This document shows positions 50,268 to 63,522 of a DNA stretch of 64,000 nucleotides, piece by piece. A program made the position numbers and the translations under genes. The notes under the pieces are model-generated. The model was not told where the DNA came from, did not search any database, and was given only the letters and a program-made list of their open reading frames with translations. The stretch comes from Marsupella aquatica (lineage: Eukaryota > Plantae > Marchantiophyta). Numbering within the stretch: position 1 is the stretch's first letter; each line of letters begins with the position of its first letter. Where the stretch lies: assembly GCA_973895155.1 (NCBI GenBank), contig OZ316897.1:9695832-9759831 (forward strand), read 5' to 3'.

Positions 50268-52209
50268 AAGGATGATCGATCATGTAAATGGATCATTGCC
50301 TCTTGAGTGTTCAATCGATGTGCAGGAATCACTGTTAGCTGAGAGCATGTAAATGGATGATCATCGCCTCATCAACCCTCTTACTAACGCCGTATTATGC
50401 AAATTGAGCATACTTTTGTACGCGGGAGTTTTGCTAGCGGTGGGAAGTAGTACTTCGTATGTTGGCTTAAAATTTTGCTGTCTCGCTCAAAGTGAAGCGC
50501 GCAGAGGCTAATCAGATACTGTCGAGCATTGGTGCACAGAAGTTTTTGAATACATGTCGGATCATACATGCAGTAGCAAAACCTGAATCGTCACTAGACT
50601 GAACTGTCATTCTAGTAAACCATCTTGCAGAAATAAACAAATATCGCTCCCAAGTCGAGCATCGTACAAGGGCGATCGATCTTGAATGGAGCTGCGAAGC
50701 GCGTAAAATGGAGCAAGAATACTGATGCTCAGTGGAAATGTATATTTTGTGACCCACATGTTTATCTGATATTCCCCTTACCCCTAAATTTTTCTTGTAT
50801 CTTTTCACTTATTCCCCGAGCTGTTTTTTATTTGAACGTCTAGCCCTAATGTCTTTTCCGATTCTCCCTTTCCATAATGAGAAGTATACATCCCACTTCT
50901 CAATATGTCAATTGGGGCGAAGAAGGCTCTATAAAGAAAAGAGTGCGGGAAGTTGTCATTACTTTTTCTGACTAAGAGCAGCAAAGCTAAAACACATGTG
51001 GCTGCCGATACTTTTAACAACTTCCAGACATAGAGGGCAAGCAAGGAGACCTTCTAGCTGTCGAGACAGAGTGGTGTCCTTTCACTCGTCCAAAACTTAA
51101 TTTATAGAATTCCAACTTTTTTCCCAACGCATCAGGAGCGGAATTGGGGCATTAATCAGGAGCGGGTTTTAATAAGGGAATTCTATTCTCTACCGGATAA
51201 ATTCAGCTCTCAACTACCAGTATCAGCCGCTGGAATTAAAATAAACATGTATCACTATCAATAGATCATATATATGCGCCTTCAAAACGGTACAAAAGAT
51301 AAGGCTTGAGCCACCATTTCCAATCATGGCGATCATCTTCTGAATCGCGATCATCTTCTGAATCACTGACATGTATCCAACTGGTCGATTTATGAGTTAG
51401 AAGCCCAAGCTCGAGATCCTTAGTTTAGAGCCCCTGTTTAGAGGTCACTTGATTAAGAATGTCCCGTCGACTAGAAGGCAAGTCTTGAGTAGTGAATCGG
51501 TACATTTTGACTGAATCCTTAATTTGAACTTTTAAATTTATTGTTTTTCTAACTTCTACACGTTTACTTCTGAACCTTACGTTTTGTATAAGTAGGGCCC
51601 AATTGGTTCACACAATTTTCAGCCTAGTTGTCCTCTGGGATGTTGCTGCTAACCACTACCAGCTTCCGGATAACCTCTGGGTCGGCCAATATCCTTGTCA
51701 GGACCTTCCTTGCCAATGGATCTTACTCCATGGCACTTATAGTGAAATCCTGATCAATTTAAAAAGCAAATTTACTTGGGTTTAACTGTTGTGATTAACT
51801 GTTCCCTTTATGTGGAGTTTCACAGATTTCCCCTTGATTTTATTTAAAAAGAAAAAGGAATGAGCATTTTCTCATCAGATGACTCATGTCCATTGAATGA
51901 CTATACTCTGTGCCTTTGAATTGTCATGAACAGATCAAGCTCTGAGTTCATTGCTTCAAACATTAACCTAAGATCAGATTCAGAAAAACTTTTATAATTA
52001 TCTCTAATGAGTTTCATATCTATAATTTAGAGCTTTTGATAGCATTCTTTCTTGTTGAATTGGTTGTTTTTCTTGTTTTGAGCATTTACTCAGGGCAACT
52101 TAGTGTATATCTTGCTGGTGTGATCCTACGTACCTTATTGATAGAAATACTCATGTTTTATTAAAAACACAGTTATAGGAATATTTTATATTTTAATGCT
52201 AAGTAATGA

Positions 52210-52865
52210 CCCCAGCCTGAACATGACATTCCTGTTTTGACAAATAATATGATGTACATCTCAAATACTTCCTACTACAGAGTCCAGGAATACATTTTAC
52301 TTCGTAGAATATAGAGTACAATACTTATGACAATACGGTCCATGAGTACAATCTATGTCTTAGAATCAATACAGTCTACAACACTTCCCATGATACAGTC
52401 CAGGAATGTACACGACCTATTTCATAGATTACAGTCTACAAAGTTTTCCTTCAAATAACACAGAATATGGTCTGTTTTCTCTTTGCCCCCTAAGTAGTTG
52501 TCGCAATGATAAACTGAAAACTTTGCACGAAGTGTTTGAATAACTAGGCCCGTGGGCAAAGGTTTATAATCACAATACCCTGAACAAGACATTCCTGTTT
52601 TGACAATATGATGCACAATACTTCATAAATTACAGTCTAGAATACTTTCAATGATACAGTCCGGGAATACAATGGACTTCGTAGAATACAGTGTACAATA
52701 CTTCCGACAACGCAGTATGAATAAGATATACTTTGTAGAATACACTCAACAAATACTTCCGATGATACGGTCCGGAAACAAAATCTACTTCATAGAATAC
52801 AGTCCACAATATTTCCGACACTACAGTCTGGAAATATGGTGTGTTTTCTCTTTGCACCCCTAGAA
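52210..52865. repeat. Two-level repeat: ~365-bp duplication built from short ATACAGTC / TTCGTAGAATAC-type subunits
   Basis: CCTGAACA.GACATTCCTGTTTTGACAA at ~52216 and ~52579. Both units end ATATGGT.TGTTTTCTCTTTGC.CCCC. Confidence 0.8.
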
Positions 52866-54194
52866 GTTGCCATGGTGATTCCTGTTAATTTTGACTAGGT
52901 GGGGTTTTACTTATAAAACGCCAACCACAAGCTAGAGTTGGGGTCTAAGTTTCTAGAGTGAAGACTCTAGACCATAATTCCATGGCTCATCATGTGGATG
53001 TGAAAATTCATGACTATGATGTATGTTAAATGATAATCATGCATGCTTTTTGTCATGGTTTCTATTTATATTAAAAAATGAGCTCTATGACCCCACCATA
53101 ACATATGTGCATAGAAAGAGTGATATGCATAGAAAAAAGTATGGTATGTTATGTATGATTATTAAAATGATGACATGCATGATGGGTTTTTTTTTTACAT
53201 TTCATTAACTTTCAAAAAATGTGAATAATTAATATATTTTGGTGACATTTTGTTTGTCCACCCCGCTATTCAACTTCAAAGAATGGGTAGTCGGGGCTAG
53301 TGTCACTTAAGGCGCCACTGTCCATGACAAAACCTGGATCCACAGGGTTTCATCATTTTTGGTACCTTTTTCCTGAAATTGTAGTCCCACCTTAGAGAAG
53401 AGGAATGTTAAAAAGGGAGAGTCTTGGACAATTCTCCTTTTATATGGCCAGTGGTGGTTTAAAAAAAAAAAGTCCCCGGGAAGAGGATGTTCCCATACAC
53501 ATCAGAACATCATGGCCCCATTTAAGCATTAACTTTGCTCAAGCACAGCTGCCCCTTTAAGAGCTAGAGCTATGGGCTATCAGGCAACTTCATCCGAATT
53601 TCACTACTAAGAGTAAAATTTTCCCAAAATCTTGGAGCCGACTGGCACCTCAGAAAGAAGCAAATAGCCTTGAAAAATGGAGAAGAGGAAAGAAGACTGT
53701 TGGCACCTCAGACGAAAGAAGTAAATATCCTGGAAATAGGGAGAACTCTTGTACATTTCCCCAAATAGCACCACTAGCCAAGACAAACATGTGGTTACAC
53801 CATTTTTAGTATTTTTTCCCAAAATTGTGGAGCAAGGTGTCGCTGCAAAGGAGAGTAATATGAAAAATGTTATAAGTTTTGGACACTCCTCCTTTTTTAT
53901 ATGGCCAGTGGTGGTCTTCCTTTTATATGGCCAGTGGCGGTTTAAGATGTGGTTTAACCCAATTATATCTTTTTTTTGCCTCCAAAACAATCCATGAATT
54001 TTGCACCCAAGTATATCTTGCACCATTGCAGGACATGGGTTATCCTCCACAATGCCTTTGAAACATCGATCATGTCAAGTTACTATATAAAAGGATCCTC
54101 GAACATGTTGAGCACCTGATCAGAAAAAGAGGCATGTTGGAGACGGAGCAAACACTGAAACAGAGTTCCTGCTTTCGTCCACTCGGCGATTCCC

Positions 54195-54812
54195 AACGAG
54201 CCTGAAAAGTAGTGTTGGTCGGTGCGGGGTGCGATTATGGAGGATTTCCTGTCACACGAATCCGTGAACAATTTCGGGAGCTGACGAGCCAACGAGGCAT
54301 GATGGAGACGGAGCACAGAGAGAGCGAGAAAGTGCCTTCTTTCGCCTTCTTTCCAGGTGTGTGTTTTCCCCAACGAGCTTGAAAAGTACTGCGTGGTGGG
54401 ATTTATGGAGGATTCCTGTCACAAGAATCCGTGAACAATTTCGGGAGCTAACGAGCCAACGAGGCATGATGGAGATGGAGCACAGAGAGAGCGAGAAAGT
54501 GCCTTCTTTCGCCTTCTTTCCAGGTGTGTGTTTTCCCCAACGAGCTTGAAAATTAGTGTTGGTCGGTGCGTGGTGTGATTTATGGAGAATTTCTGTCACA
54601 AGAATCCGTGAACAATTTCGGGAGCTGATGAGCCAACGAGGCATGATGGAGACGGATCACAGAGAGAGCGAGAAAGTCCCTGCTTTCGCCTTCTTCCCAC
54701 GTGTGTGTTTTCCCCAACGAGCTTGAAAATTAGTTTTGGTCGGTGCAGGGTGGTGGGATTATGGAGGATTTCTGTCACAAGAATCCGTGAACAATTTCGG
54801 GAGCTAACGAGC
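54195..54812. repeat. Tandem array, ~170-180-bp unit, ~3.5 copies, ending ~65 bp before the F-box/kelch ATG
   Basis: Near-identical units containing CTGTCACAAGAATCCGTGAACAATTTCGGGAGCT...CCAACGAGGCATGATGGAGA...TTCCCCAACGAGCTTGAAAA. Confidence 0.95.
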
Positions 54813-54877
54813 GAAAAGCAGTCGGGTGTGGGCCGGGTTCTTGTTAAGGCTAGGCTTGTTGAGGATAGAGTACGACC

Positions 54878-56068
54878 ATGGATGGCACACAATCTGGTGA
54901 AAGGGGAGGAGGAATCGAGACGCTCTTTCCAGGTCTGTCCGACGAAATCACTCTGGGATGCATTGTAACCAAAGCGTCATGGAGAGCGCTGTGTGTACTG
55001 GCGAGTGTCAATTTGGCCTGGAAGAGAGCCATTGAGGAACGAGAAGTCTACCAGGAAGCGAACTCAATCAAGCCAGACTTTGCTTGTTTTCAAGTCAATC
55101 CTCGCTTCTAGAATACCAGCTAGTCCTCTGTGATCTAGAGAAGCAGTGGATACCTCTGCGGCATCATCGCCTTCCATCTTTCGTGGATGTCAAGGCACGT
55201 TTCGTGCCACGTTTCGTTCCACATATTTCCAAAGGAGTCGAAGATCTACCCGTGATGCTTGATGGCAAGCTTTATGTTCTGGAAATTTACACAAATGAGT
55301 TCTGGGGAGCAAGACAAGTATATACAAGATTCCAGGTGCTGGACATAGGAGCGTGTCACCGCACTTGGACAGTAACCTCAGGCACGAGGATGAAGCGTGG
55401 TATTGAACGTTTGCATATCTGGCGATGGAAAACTCTACGTAGTCTCTGCGTATTTTGACAATGTGAAGGTTTTTGATCCAAGTAGGAACGAGTGGTCTTT
55501 GATTGTGGACAAGCCAGATATATTCCCGCCGTTCGACCGGAGGTATAAATTCAGCACGAACTGTAGGAAATACATGATGGCCTGTGTGAATAAGGAAATC
55601 TACTTTTCCATATGGTGTGATGAATGGCGTGGCAGAGATTGGATACAGTTCGGCATCATATTGGTGTTGAATTGCTCCACTGAGAAGTGGAGAGTAGTAA
55701 ACAACACCCTGTCGACGGCCCGAGGGTGGTTTGTGATTCGTGAACAGCTTTACAATCTCTCACAGTGTAGGTTGGAAGTGTATGATCCCTCCTCAAATAC
55801 CTGGGACATGGTCCAGCCTGTTCGGGATGATAGGTTTTGTCCCGAGGAGGACTCATATTTAGTTGTGCGTCCGGCCCCTTGCAGCGAAGAAGTTATACTT
55901 ATGATGCAGAGAAACGGTTACCACGGAAGAAACTTTCTCTGCAGGTCTGTTGGATTTGGAGTGCGTGGACTATCGTTAGACTGGCAGATGTTGCCTTGTC
56001 ACTGTGATGATATGAAGCAAGGTAGCTATCTCCTCGACTGTGTCGAGATTAAAGCTCTACTTCCTTAA
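54878..56068 (+). pseudogene. F-box/kelch-repeat gene with two frameshifts
   Basis: F-box LFPGLSDEITLGCIVTKASWRALCVLASVNLAWKRAI (ORF 54878-55111); kelch-like VMLDGKLYVL (ORF 55084-55458); GDGKLYVV..VKVFDPSRNEW and LEVYDPSSNTW (ORF 55397-56068). Confidence 0.75.
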
Positions 56069-56327
56069 CGGAAGGAGACAGTGACGCCACGGTGCTTTCT
56101 GTAGTATTTTAATTTGCTTTGCGTATGGGCAGATTTGAGTCTATCGATGTAAACCCTTCCAGATGAGAGTTACCGAATTGAGAGGCAGAGGATGAGGGGT
56201 TGTGCATTAGTTAGTGGTGATGAATTCATAGCGCCCGTATAAGTCAGTAGCCAATTAGCAATCCAGAGAATCCACTGAACAGAATTCATAAAAGATCAAG
56301 ACGCTTTGAAGGAAGCAATTATCCTTC

Positions 56328-56645
56328 ATGGTGCCCGCGTCCATGCAAGCTGCTCCAGACGAGCTCCTCTGCAATTGTTTCGCCAAATTGGAGAGAATCT
56401 ACGAGGAATTGTGTCGGCTGAGTTGTTTGGCCCCATTTCGGCCCTCCGTTTTGCTCTTTCAAGCCATTATCAGTTTCGAACCCACCCGCCTACCCAGTGC
56501 GTTTTTCAAAGCTCGTCAAGTCTCATCTTTAAGTTCACTAGTGGCAAGATGTTTACTCTACTCAAAACTAGCCGTCGACATGATTACTTTGATTGAATTT
56601 CCCATTTTTAGTCGTTCCTTCCTCAGGTTTGAGAATCGTCATTAA
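56328..56645 (+). pseudogene. Possible F-box fragment
   Basis: MQAAPDELLCNCFAKLERIYEELCRLSC resembles an F-box N-terminus (LPDELLxxIFxxL). No convincing continuation. Confidence 0.3.
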
Positions 56646-57912
56646 GATCACCGAGAACTGTCATTGAGACCACCTTAGTTATCATCGGTTGAATTATTGT
56701 CCTTAGCTACCAGGTTTGATAGAAATGAGTCCTTCCCTCAGGTCTGGCAATTGTTAAATACATCTCGATGACAATTTTATTGTGCTTGAGGGTGACTAGC
56801 ATAATCGTTTGCATCTCAGTGGCCTGATCTTCAGTGCTCTACGAATATTATTGTACACCAAATTCATGATGAAGAGCAATCGATGCCCACTTCCACATAT
56901 TTGCCCAGGTGGAGCTAGAGAAGGGCGTGGCTGCAATTTTGTGATCATAGAGCTCGTGAGTATCAATTCTTGAAAAACTTGAAGCAGCCAAGACCACACT
57001 TGAACTGTCCCTCCTGCGTGTGAAAACTCTTCTCTACCTAATAAACAACTTCACAAACCTGACCTGAGGCAGGGATGCCCATCATGGTGCTGCCATTACC
57101 TCTGGGTGTTCTGGGTCAAATCTATCCTCCACTTCGAATCATTCATCCACAACTCATCACGGTATTTAAGGCAGTGCCAAAGCACTACTTGGGATGACGA
57201 TCCTGGTGATCATCTCAGGGTCGTTCCCGATTGGTTTCCCAGACTGTAAAGGATGAGCGAGATCAATTGGATCACCCAAGAGCCTGCCCTTATTACAAAA
57301 ACCCTAAGAAGCCCGCCCTCCCCCCCCCCCCATATCATGTTCAGATGTTACTGGTGGCCTCTAGACACCTTCTTCGATCGCCAGTCTATAACGATGCCTC
57401 TTTGCAGCTTCAAATACTAAAGAACTCTAGGGAAGATCCAAACCACCAACTCATGAAGTTAAAAGCGTTCTATTTCTACCTGTCAGCTTGGATCGCTCAC
57501 TTCACTCGGGATCACACGACTCCTGAAATCCAACTGCCCCCGACATACTCATCCTGTAGACCTATTATGCAATTGAGACCTCGGCAGGCTTTCAGCTCTT
57601 TGAAAGAGTTTTCACTGCAACTTATCTGAACATTTGTTCTCGTAGCACGATTTCTACTTCCAGAAGCTGTTCAAATTGTCAGAATTGGCAGGGAAACGTA
57701 CCCGTCTCAGTTAAGGTTTCTTCTTTTTACAAGCTTAGCTCATAAGTCATAATAATCATTGAAACTCTTCTAGCCAGAACCAGATGGAATGACTCGACGC
57801 GCAATAATGTATGCCGCTTTCAAGGATTTCGAAAACCACTAGTCACTTCTACATTTAAATGATATACTAACTGCGCTGACAACCGAGACACAATTGATAA
57901 CCAATCGAAATC

Positions 57913-60492
57913 TTAACCCAAAACATCCAGAAGAACTCCACTCGGTGAGCAAATGGGCCTAAAGTCGATGATGAAATTATTGGGTAAAAATCCAAACCCA
58001 AACCTTCCACTGGCATACTGCCAGACTCTACCCTCTACCTCATTGTCCATCTCTGGATTTAGCCCAAAATCCAGTCCCAAAATCCGATTCGTGCACAGCA
58101 TTCCAACTACTTCCTCAACAAGCTCATCATGGATTCTCCTCGTCACCTCTTGCTGCCCACCCATGTCTGGATAGAATTTGGGCCAGATTCTCTGTCTTAT
58201 ATTGTACATGCCCTGTTCCAAGTCTGGAAGGGGTGCCATTATTGTTCGGTCAGATTTAGCCGTCCAGAAAACCGAGCCACTATGAGTTGTGCCAAGACAT
58301 TCACCCACTCGTCGACACACAATACCACCTTGATCATCATATAAAAGCAGAAGAAAATCAAGGCCCATGGAATCACATATCCCCTGCAAAACAGCCACCC
58401 CGTTGTTAAGTTTAATTTCTTTCAACAATCATGCTTTGATACTACATATTCTGATGACATATTATTGACCAAGGCTACGAGTAGAAAAACGGAGTTCGAT
58501 AACTCCAATGCTCTTTCCACTTTGGTCAAAAGGTTTCAGGATTTCAAGATCACTATCTCCAACAACTAGGTTAGCTAGCTTGTAAATATCATCGAGCCTG
58601 AAGGGCAGCGTTGAACTCTACATCCGGGACAACCTAAATCATTCAAAACAGACGCAGTAGAGAACAGCCATTCCTGTTATAGAACACTTCCGACTATCAA
58701 GTCCAGTCGTGAACATATTCTTTCGAGAGGAAATATACAGCTGCTAGCACTTGGGCCGGGCGACCCGTGAGTCTCACGTTAGGGCCTTTACATTCCAATT
58801 CCCTCCCAAAAGAAAGAGATACGTGAAAATTTGATTCTCTAAAAGTTCGCTTGGCATCCAAGCGCGTGGAATTCAACCCAGTGACGAGCCTTAGTCAGGT
58901 TCCTATTAGCAGTACTTACGGCAATTGTGGGATACCTTCCAGTTGGATCCCACAAAGAGCAAAAGCCAACTACGGTCAGGGCTTGCATGGGAGGTCCAGC
59001 ATTCCCCTAATTGTGTCCAACCCTTGTCACCGCAATGGGATGTAAAAAAGGACATTTACTTTCAAGAAGTTCGCAAGACCCTGCTGCCCAGGATCTTTAA
59101 ACTCGCGCGAAGGAAACCACCACGACTAATATGTTTCCTACTTTGACGGCTGTTTTCGGCACACAATGAACTGATTCATGCCCCCATAAGGTAACGAACG
59201 CCAAGATGCATGCCTGGCATTGTGCCCTGGCCAATAACATGAACTTCATCGACCCTCAAGTGCACGGCCCAGCCAGGAAATACCGGGTTAAATGGGCAAG
59301 CAAGATAGCCAAAGAAAAAAACAGAGCGTTATCGACATGTATAACAATTGCAGAGCAAAAGGAGAACAACACTAACCTTCCAGAGACCTTGCAGTGGGCG
59401 TTCCTTGGTAGGCCCAGTATCCCTCACCTTAACGAAATGTTCAGGCTCACAAGTTCTGCGACCTTGAATAAAGGCACGCTCTTTCTCTCTTCTCCTTTGC
59501 CTCCGGACTGCTCGTTCTCCGCCTTGACTGGTCACTTTGCTCGCAAGAAACTGAAACATCTCGTATTGAAAACTTCCTGGAGGACTATGTGCATATTTGT
59601 CGGAATCAGGACTTGGACTTGACCCTGCAGCAGCAGCTGCTGCAGCTGCGGCCAGGTTACCACTGGACCCAAAAGACGCAACCACTGCAGCCTCAGCGAG
59701 ACTCCTGTTGCCCACAAATTGAGGTTGCTGCAATTCCTCCATGACAATGTGAAACTTTCCCACAAAATGCAGGTCAACAACTACCAGCCCCGAAGGTGGA
59801 GATGGCTGTTCCAGATCAAATTCCGGCCCTAACCCTACAAAAGGATTTTTCCTTCCTGCCTTTCGCTTCCCAGGGGATTGGCCTCTACTTGAAGAGCTTT
59901 GTGCGCAGGTTGCGGTCCCTAAAGCACCCCGAAATGGTGTCACTGACTGATCGGGATCGAAGAAACAGACTGGCCTACCAATGTCTGACAACCCAATCCA
60001 GACAAAGGGCACCTTGCATACATCATAGGAACTGGGACGAGACGGAGTGACGCGATATCCGTTCACAAAGTGAGACCCCCACTCGAAAACAACGAGTGAT
60101 CCATGGCCTCCGTGATCCACCCCTCTCCAGAATCCAACCAAATTCTCCAACTTGGTCAATACAGAATAGAGAACTTTAAAAGCCACATTCCGCCGTCCCC
60201 AGTTTTGAACAGATGTTTGCGTTCCCCACCGCCTCTCACACATAGGAAGCCAAACCTTTTTGTCATCTTTACAGAAAGCCCTCAGATGTCGGCACACAGC
60301 CGAACACTTGGAAATGTCAGAAGGCGAGAGGAAGGAGAGGACAGTGGAGAGGGAATCGTCACCAATGTCACACAAACTTATGCACTTCTCCACCATCCCC
60401 TCCGATTCTGGACCAAAAACTGCCTCGTCATGGGCTTCTTCCGTCCCACATGCGACAGCCTCCTCCTGCTCTTCCTCCTCTCCGCCCCTCAT
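57913..60492 (-). CDS. F-box protein, At3g12350-like, ~528 aa
   Basis: Exons 60492-59377 and 58383-57913. F-box SLCDIGDDSLSTVLSFLSPSDISKCSAVCRHLR..DDKKVWLPMCERRWG; family motifs ENLVGFWR, LVVFEWG, SPPGSF, EPEHFVK..PT..RPLQGLWK|GIC, EGRVWQYASGRFGFGFL. Confidence 0.88.
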
Positions 60493-61269
60493 CTGATGAG
60501 AGGCAAAGCAATGTACAGGAGACTCATCAGGAATGGAGGGCACGGTCCAACATTGACACACTGCCAACTCAAAACTCAGCATGTAGAGATGAGAATGGAG
60601 CAGATATTCTTGCTCCTCTCATTAACAAGTTAGTCAAGGCTCGGCTCTTTGAAACCCTACAAATTCAGGGAAGGCTGCCAAGAGCCAATCCCTGAGGGTT
60701 TTCAATATGCACCTCCTGCCGTGCTCCTCCTCTGCTTTCTTTCCCCTTCTGTACAATTTGATCCCAATCAAAGAACGGGACCAAGATCGAATTCTCCCTC
60801 TCCCTTCCGTTCCAATCGCTTCCAACCCAAGCACGACTCCAGTATCAAATGAGTCACAACCAATGACACCAACTTGGGTCCAAACTCGACCAAATCGTTC
60901 ACTGACTGCTCCTTCTTCTGCTTCCTCCCTCCGCCGTGCCCGCCTTCGTCTCCACGCGGAAGCACACTCATTAACCGAAGCACGCGGCTGGCCGAACGAC
61001 TTCAGGGAACTGTTAGCACCAATGTGGGGGAATTGAGCCTACTGGTGCCTTCCTGACGCGTCCTCGTTTCCTCCCTTTACTTTCAATTCCCACCCAAATA
61101 TCATGTACCCTTAGATCAATCAAACCACAAGACAAAACGTATCTGAGGCGCCGAGGACGGTCCTTCTGTAGAAAGAGCCTCACGAGAGCATGAGGAGTGA
61201 GCGTGGCGTCAACACACGCAGCATGCACCGCAAAACCCCAGTAGCATCAGTTTGGCAATTCAGCGACCC

Positions 61270-61700
61270 TCCCTGCTAAGCATTCAATCAATCAATCCGT
61301 CACCCAATCAATCAGCCCACCACCCAAATATCGCAAACTAAGAGGAATTTCGCATAACAGGGCAGACAGCCAGTGAGAAATCAATCAGCTCACCACCGGA
61401 ACAAAGCAGTGAGAAATCGACCAGCCCACCACCGGGACCAAAGGAAACGAGGAGGAATCTTGAGGTATACGGCATTGGGCAGTCAGCAAAAAATCCGCTC
61501 ACCACCAGAACACAACAAACTAGGAGGAATGTTGAGGTATGCGGCAATGGGGTACAGAGAAATCAATCAGAAATCAATCAGAAATCAATCAGCCCATCAC
61601 CGCAAACATAGCAAACTACGAGAATGTTTTACAGAATGGGGCAGCCTGGAAACGAGAATCGGTGGGAGAAGATTTGCAACAACAATCAATCAATCAACAG
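61270..61700. repeat. Degenerate short-period repeats upstream of the F-box gene
   Basis: AATCAATCAGC(C/T)CACCA-type motif several times, (AGAAATCAATC)x3 near 61557-61590, and duplicated GAGGAAT.TTGAGGTAT.CGGCA.TGGG. Confidence 0.6.
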
Positions 61701-62149
61701 GGAGGGAGGAAGGGAGGGAGGGAGGGGGTGGCCAAGGCTACACAGATTTCTACGACAGTAGGAGAGGGCGCCCCTCCCTCGCGGTGAAGTCCAGGACGTC
61801 TGCCAAAAGCAAACCGAATGGCGTGTTGGTTTGGAGAAGTGAAAGAAGAAGAAAGAAGAGGAGGAGGAATGAAAGCTGTACTGTAGAGGTCACGAATTGC
61901 TCTGCCCTCTGCGGTCCTCCCTGATTGCTGCGTTACCATCGCTAGACGCGCGATGACAGGAACGACAATAATAAAATTATGTCGCGCCCTCTCCGTGACC
62001 TCCCGTTTCTTCGTGGAATCTTGGTACATTCACGAGGCTGCAAATTAATGATCTTGGTACATTCACGAGGGACCAAACGAATGTACACTCTACCGTACAT
62101 AAGTGCACCGTGTATAAGTGCATCCGTGGATAATTGTGTAGTCCTCTAA

Positions 62150-62850
62150 TATCATAGCATTTTCTTTGTGAATGCACCAAAAAATGCACCTTTTGAAAGT
62201 GCAAGTTTTACTTTATAAGTGTACTGAGAATGCCTCGTTTGTAAGTGCAAGTTTTTTATTGTAAAATGCACCAAAAACATGCACCTTTTGTAAGTGCCAG
62301 TTTTTCTTGTAAGTGCACTAAGAAATGCATGTTTGTAAGTGCAGGTTTTTCTTTGTAAATGCACCAAAAAATGCACCATTTTTAAGTGCGTATTTTCCTT
62401 CATAAGTGCACCAAAAAATGCACAGTTTGTAAGTGTAGGTGGGTTGTCACTAAAAACAAATTGTATAGGTGCAGTTCTGTCCCGGGTTCTGTCTATAAGA
62501 GTGCACACACATTTTATCAATTCCTATAATTGCACACGTTAGAAGCTTTTATTGATAAGTGCAGTGGACAACTATACACAGTACTTTTGTGCACTTTTCT
62601 TGTTGAATCATGCACTCTCTGGGTTTGGGATGTGAGGAGTGGGATGTGTATGACCTGATAATACATATGCGAAAGTGCATAAGCTATTTCACATTCACTT
62701 ACTTTTATTGATAAGTGCAGGGGACAACTACAGACAATAGTTTTGTGCACTTTTCCAGTTGAATCGTGCACTGTGAGGGGTTGGGAGGAGACCAATGTGT
62801 ATGACCTGACAAGACATAAGAGGAAATGCATAAGCTATTTCACATACACT
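62150..62850. repeat. AT-rich array of GTAAGTGCA / TGCACCAAAAAATGCAC motifs followed by a ~160-bp tandem duplication
   Basis: Motif repeats over 62150-62440. CTTTTATTGATAAGTGCAG.GGACAACTA...TGCATAAGCTATTTCACAT at ~62546 and ~62702. Confidence 0.75.
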
Positions 62851-63522
62851 TATTCAAGAGTGCAGCATGCACGTATGGAGAAATGTGTTGTCCTGGGAGC
62901 TTAGTGGTAGCTCTACTGCTCTTTGAATCCGCTCAATAAAAAACATTGACGTAATTTGAGGGTTTATTTTCCAAATATTTTGGGATTGAGGAAGTCATGT
63001 GAGGTAATGTACCCATGACCTGGATGGGGTTAGAGCATCCGCACTGGTTTCCTAGCTGCCGACCGGTAAACAGCCCTTCAAGGACACAAAAGCAGGCTAA
63101 GATGGTTGAGCCATCCCAAACAAAAAAGTGGTATGCACCAGTGGTTGCCATTGGGGCATGCTCTTGTCACTAAGCACACCATGGTTGGAGCTTGTACTGT
63201 GGAAAGTACTGAGGAATAGTAAAGTTGGTGCCTCATTTGCTCATGTCGCATAGAGACAAGGGTTGATGTATTTACCAATCCTGGGCAAAATCTTTTTCTA
63301 GTCCTGCAGAAATGCTTGATTTGGCAGCCTGCATTTCCTCTGGGAAAAATACAGCAATAGCAAGAACCGGTGCAAGCAGAAAAAATGTTGATGCTCCTGG
63401 AAAATGAATGCACAAGTGCATTGCTGTCTATAAGAGTGAACATGTATTCATCAATTTACTGCTTCAAATACATTAGGAGCATTTATTGAAAAGTGCTACA
63501 AACAACTACACATAGTAGTTTC

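Noticed and set aside
50384-51044. Minus-strand ORF with a hydrophobic N-terminus
   Set aside because: Non-ATG start, several stops on continuation and no recognisable family.
52540-52562. GCCCACGGGCCTAGT on the minus strand, resembling a Helitron 3' end
   Set aside because: Hairpin is incomplete and no matching 5' end was found.
61373-61924. 183-aa basic ORF
   Set aside because: GTG start, built from short repeats and purine tracts, no domain.
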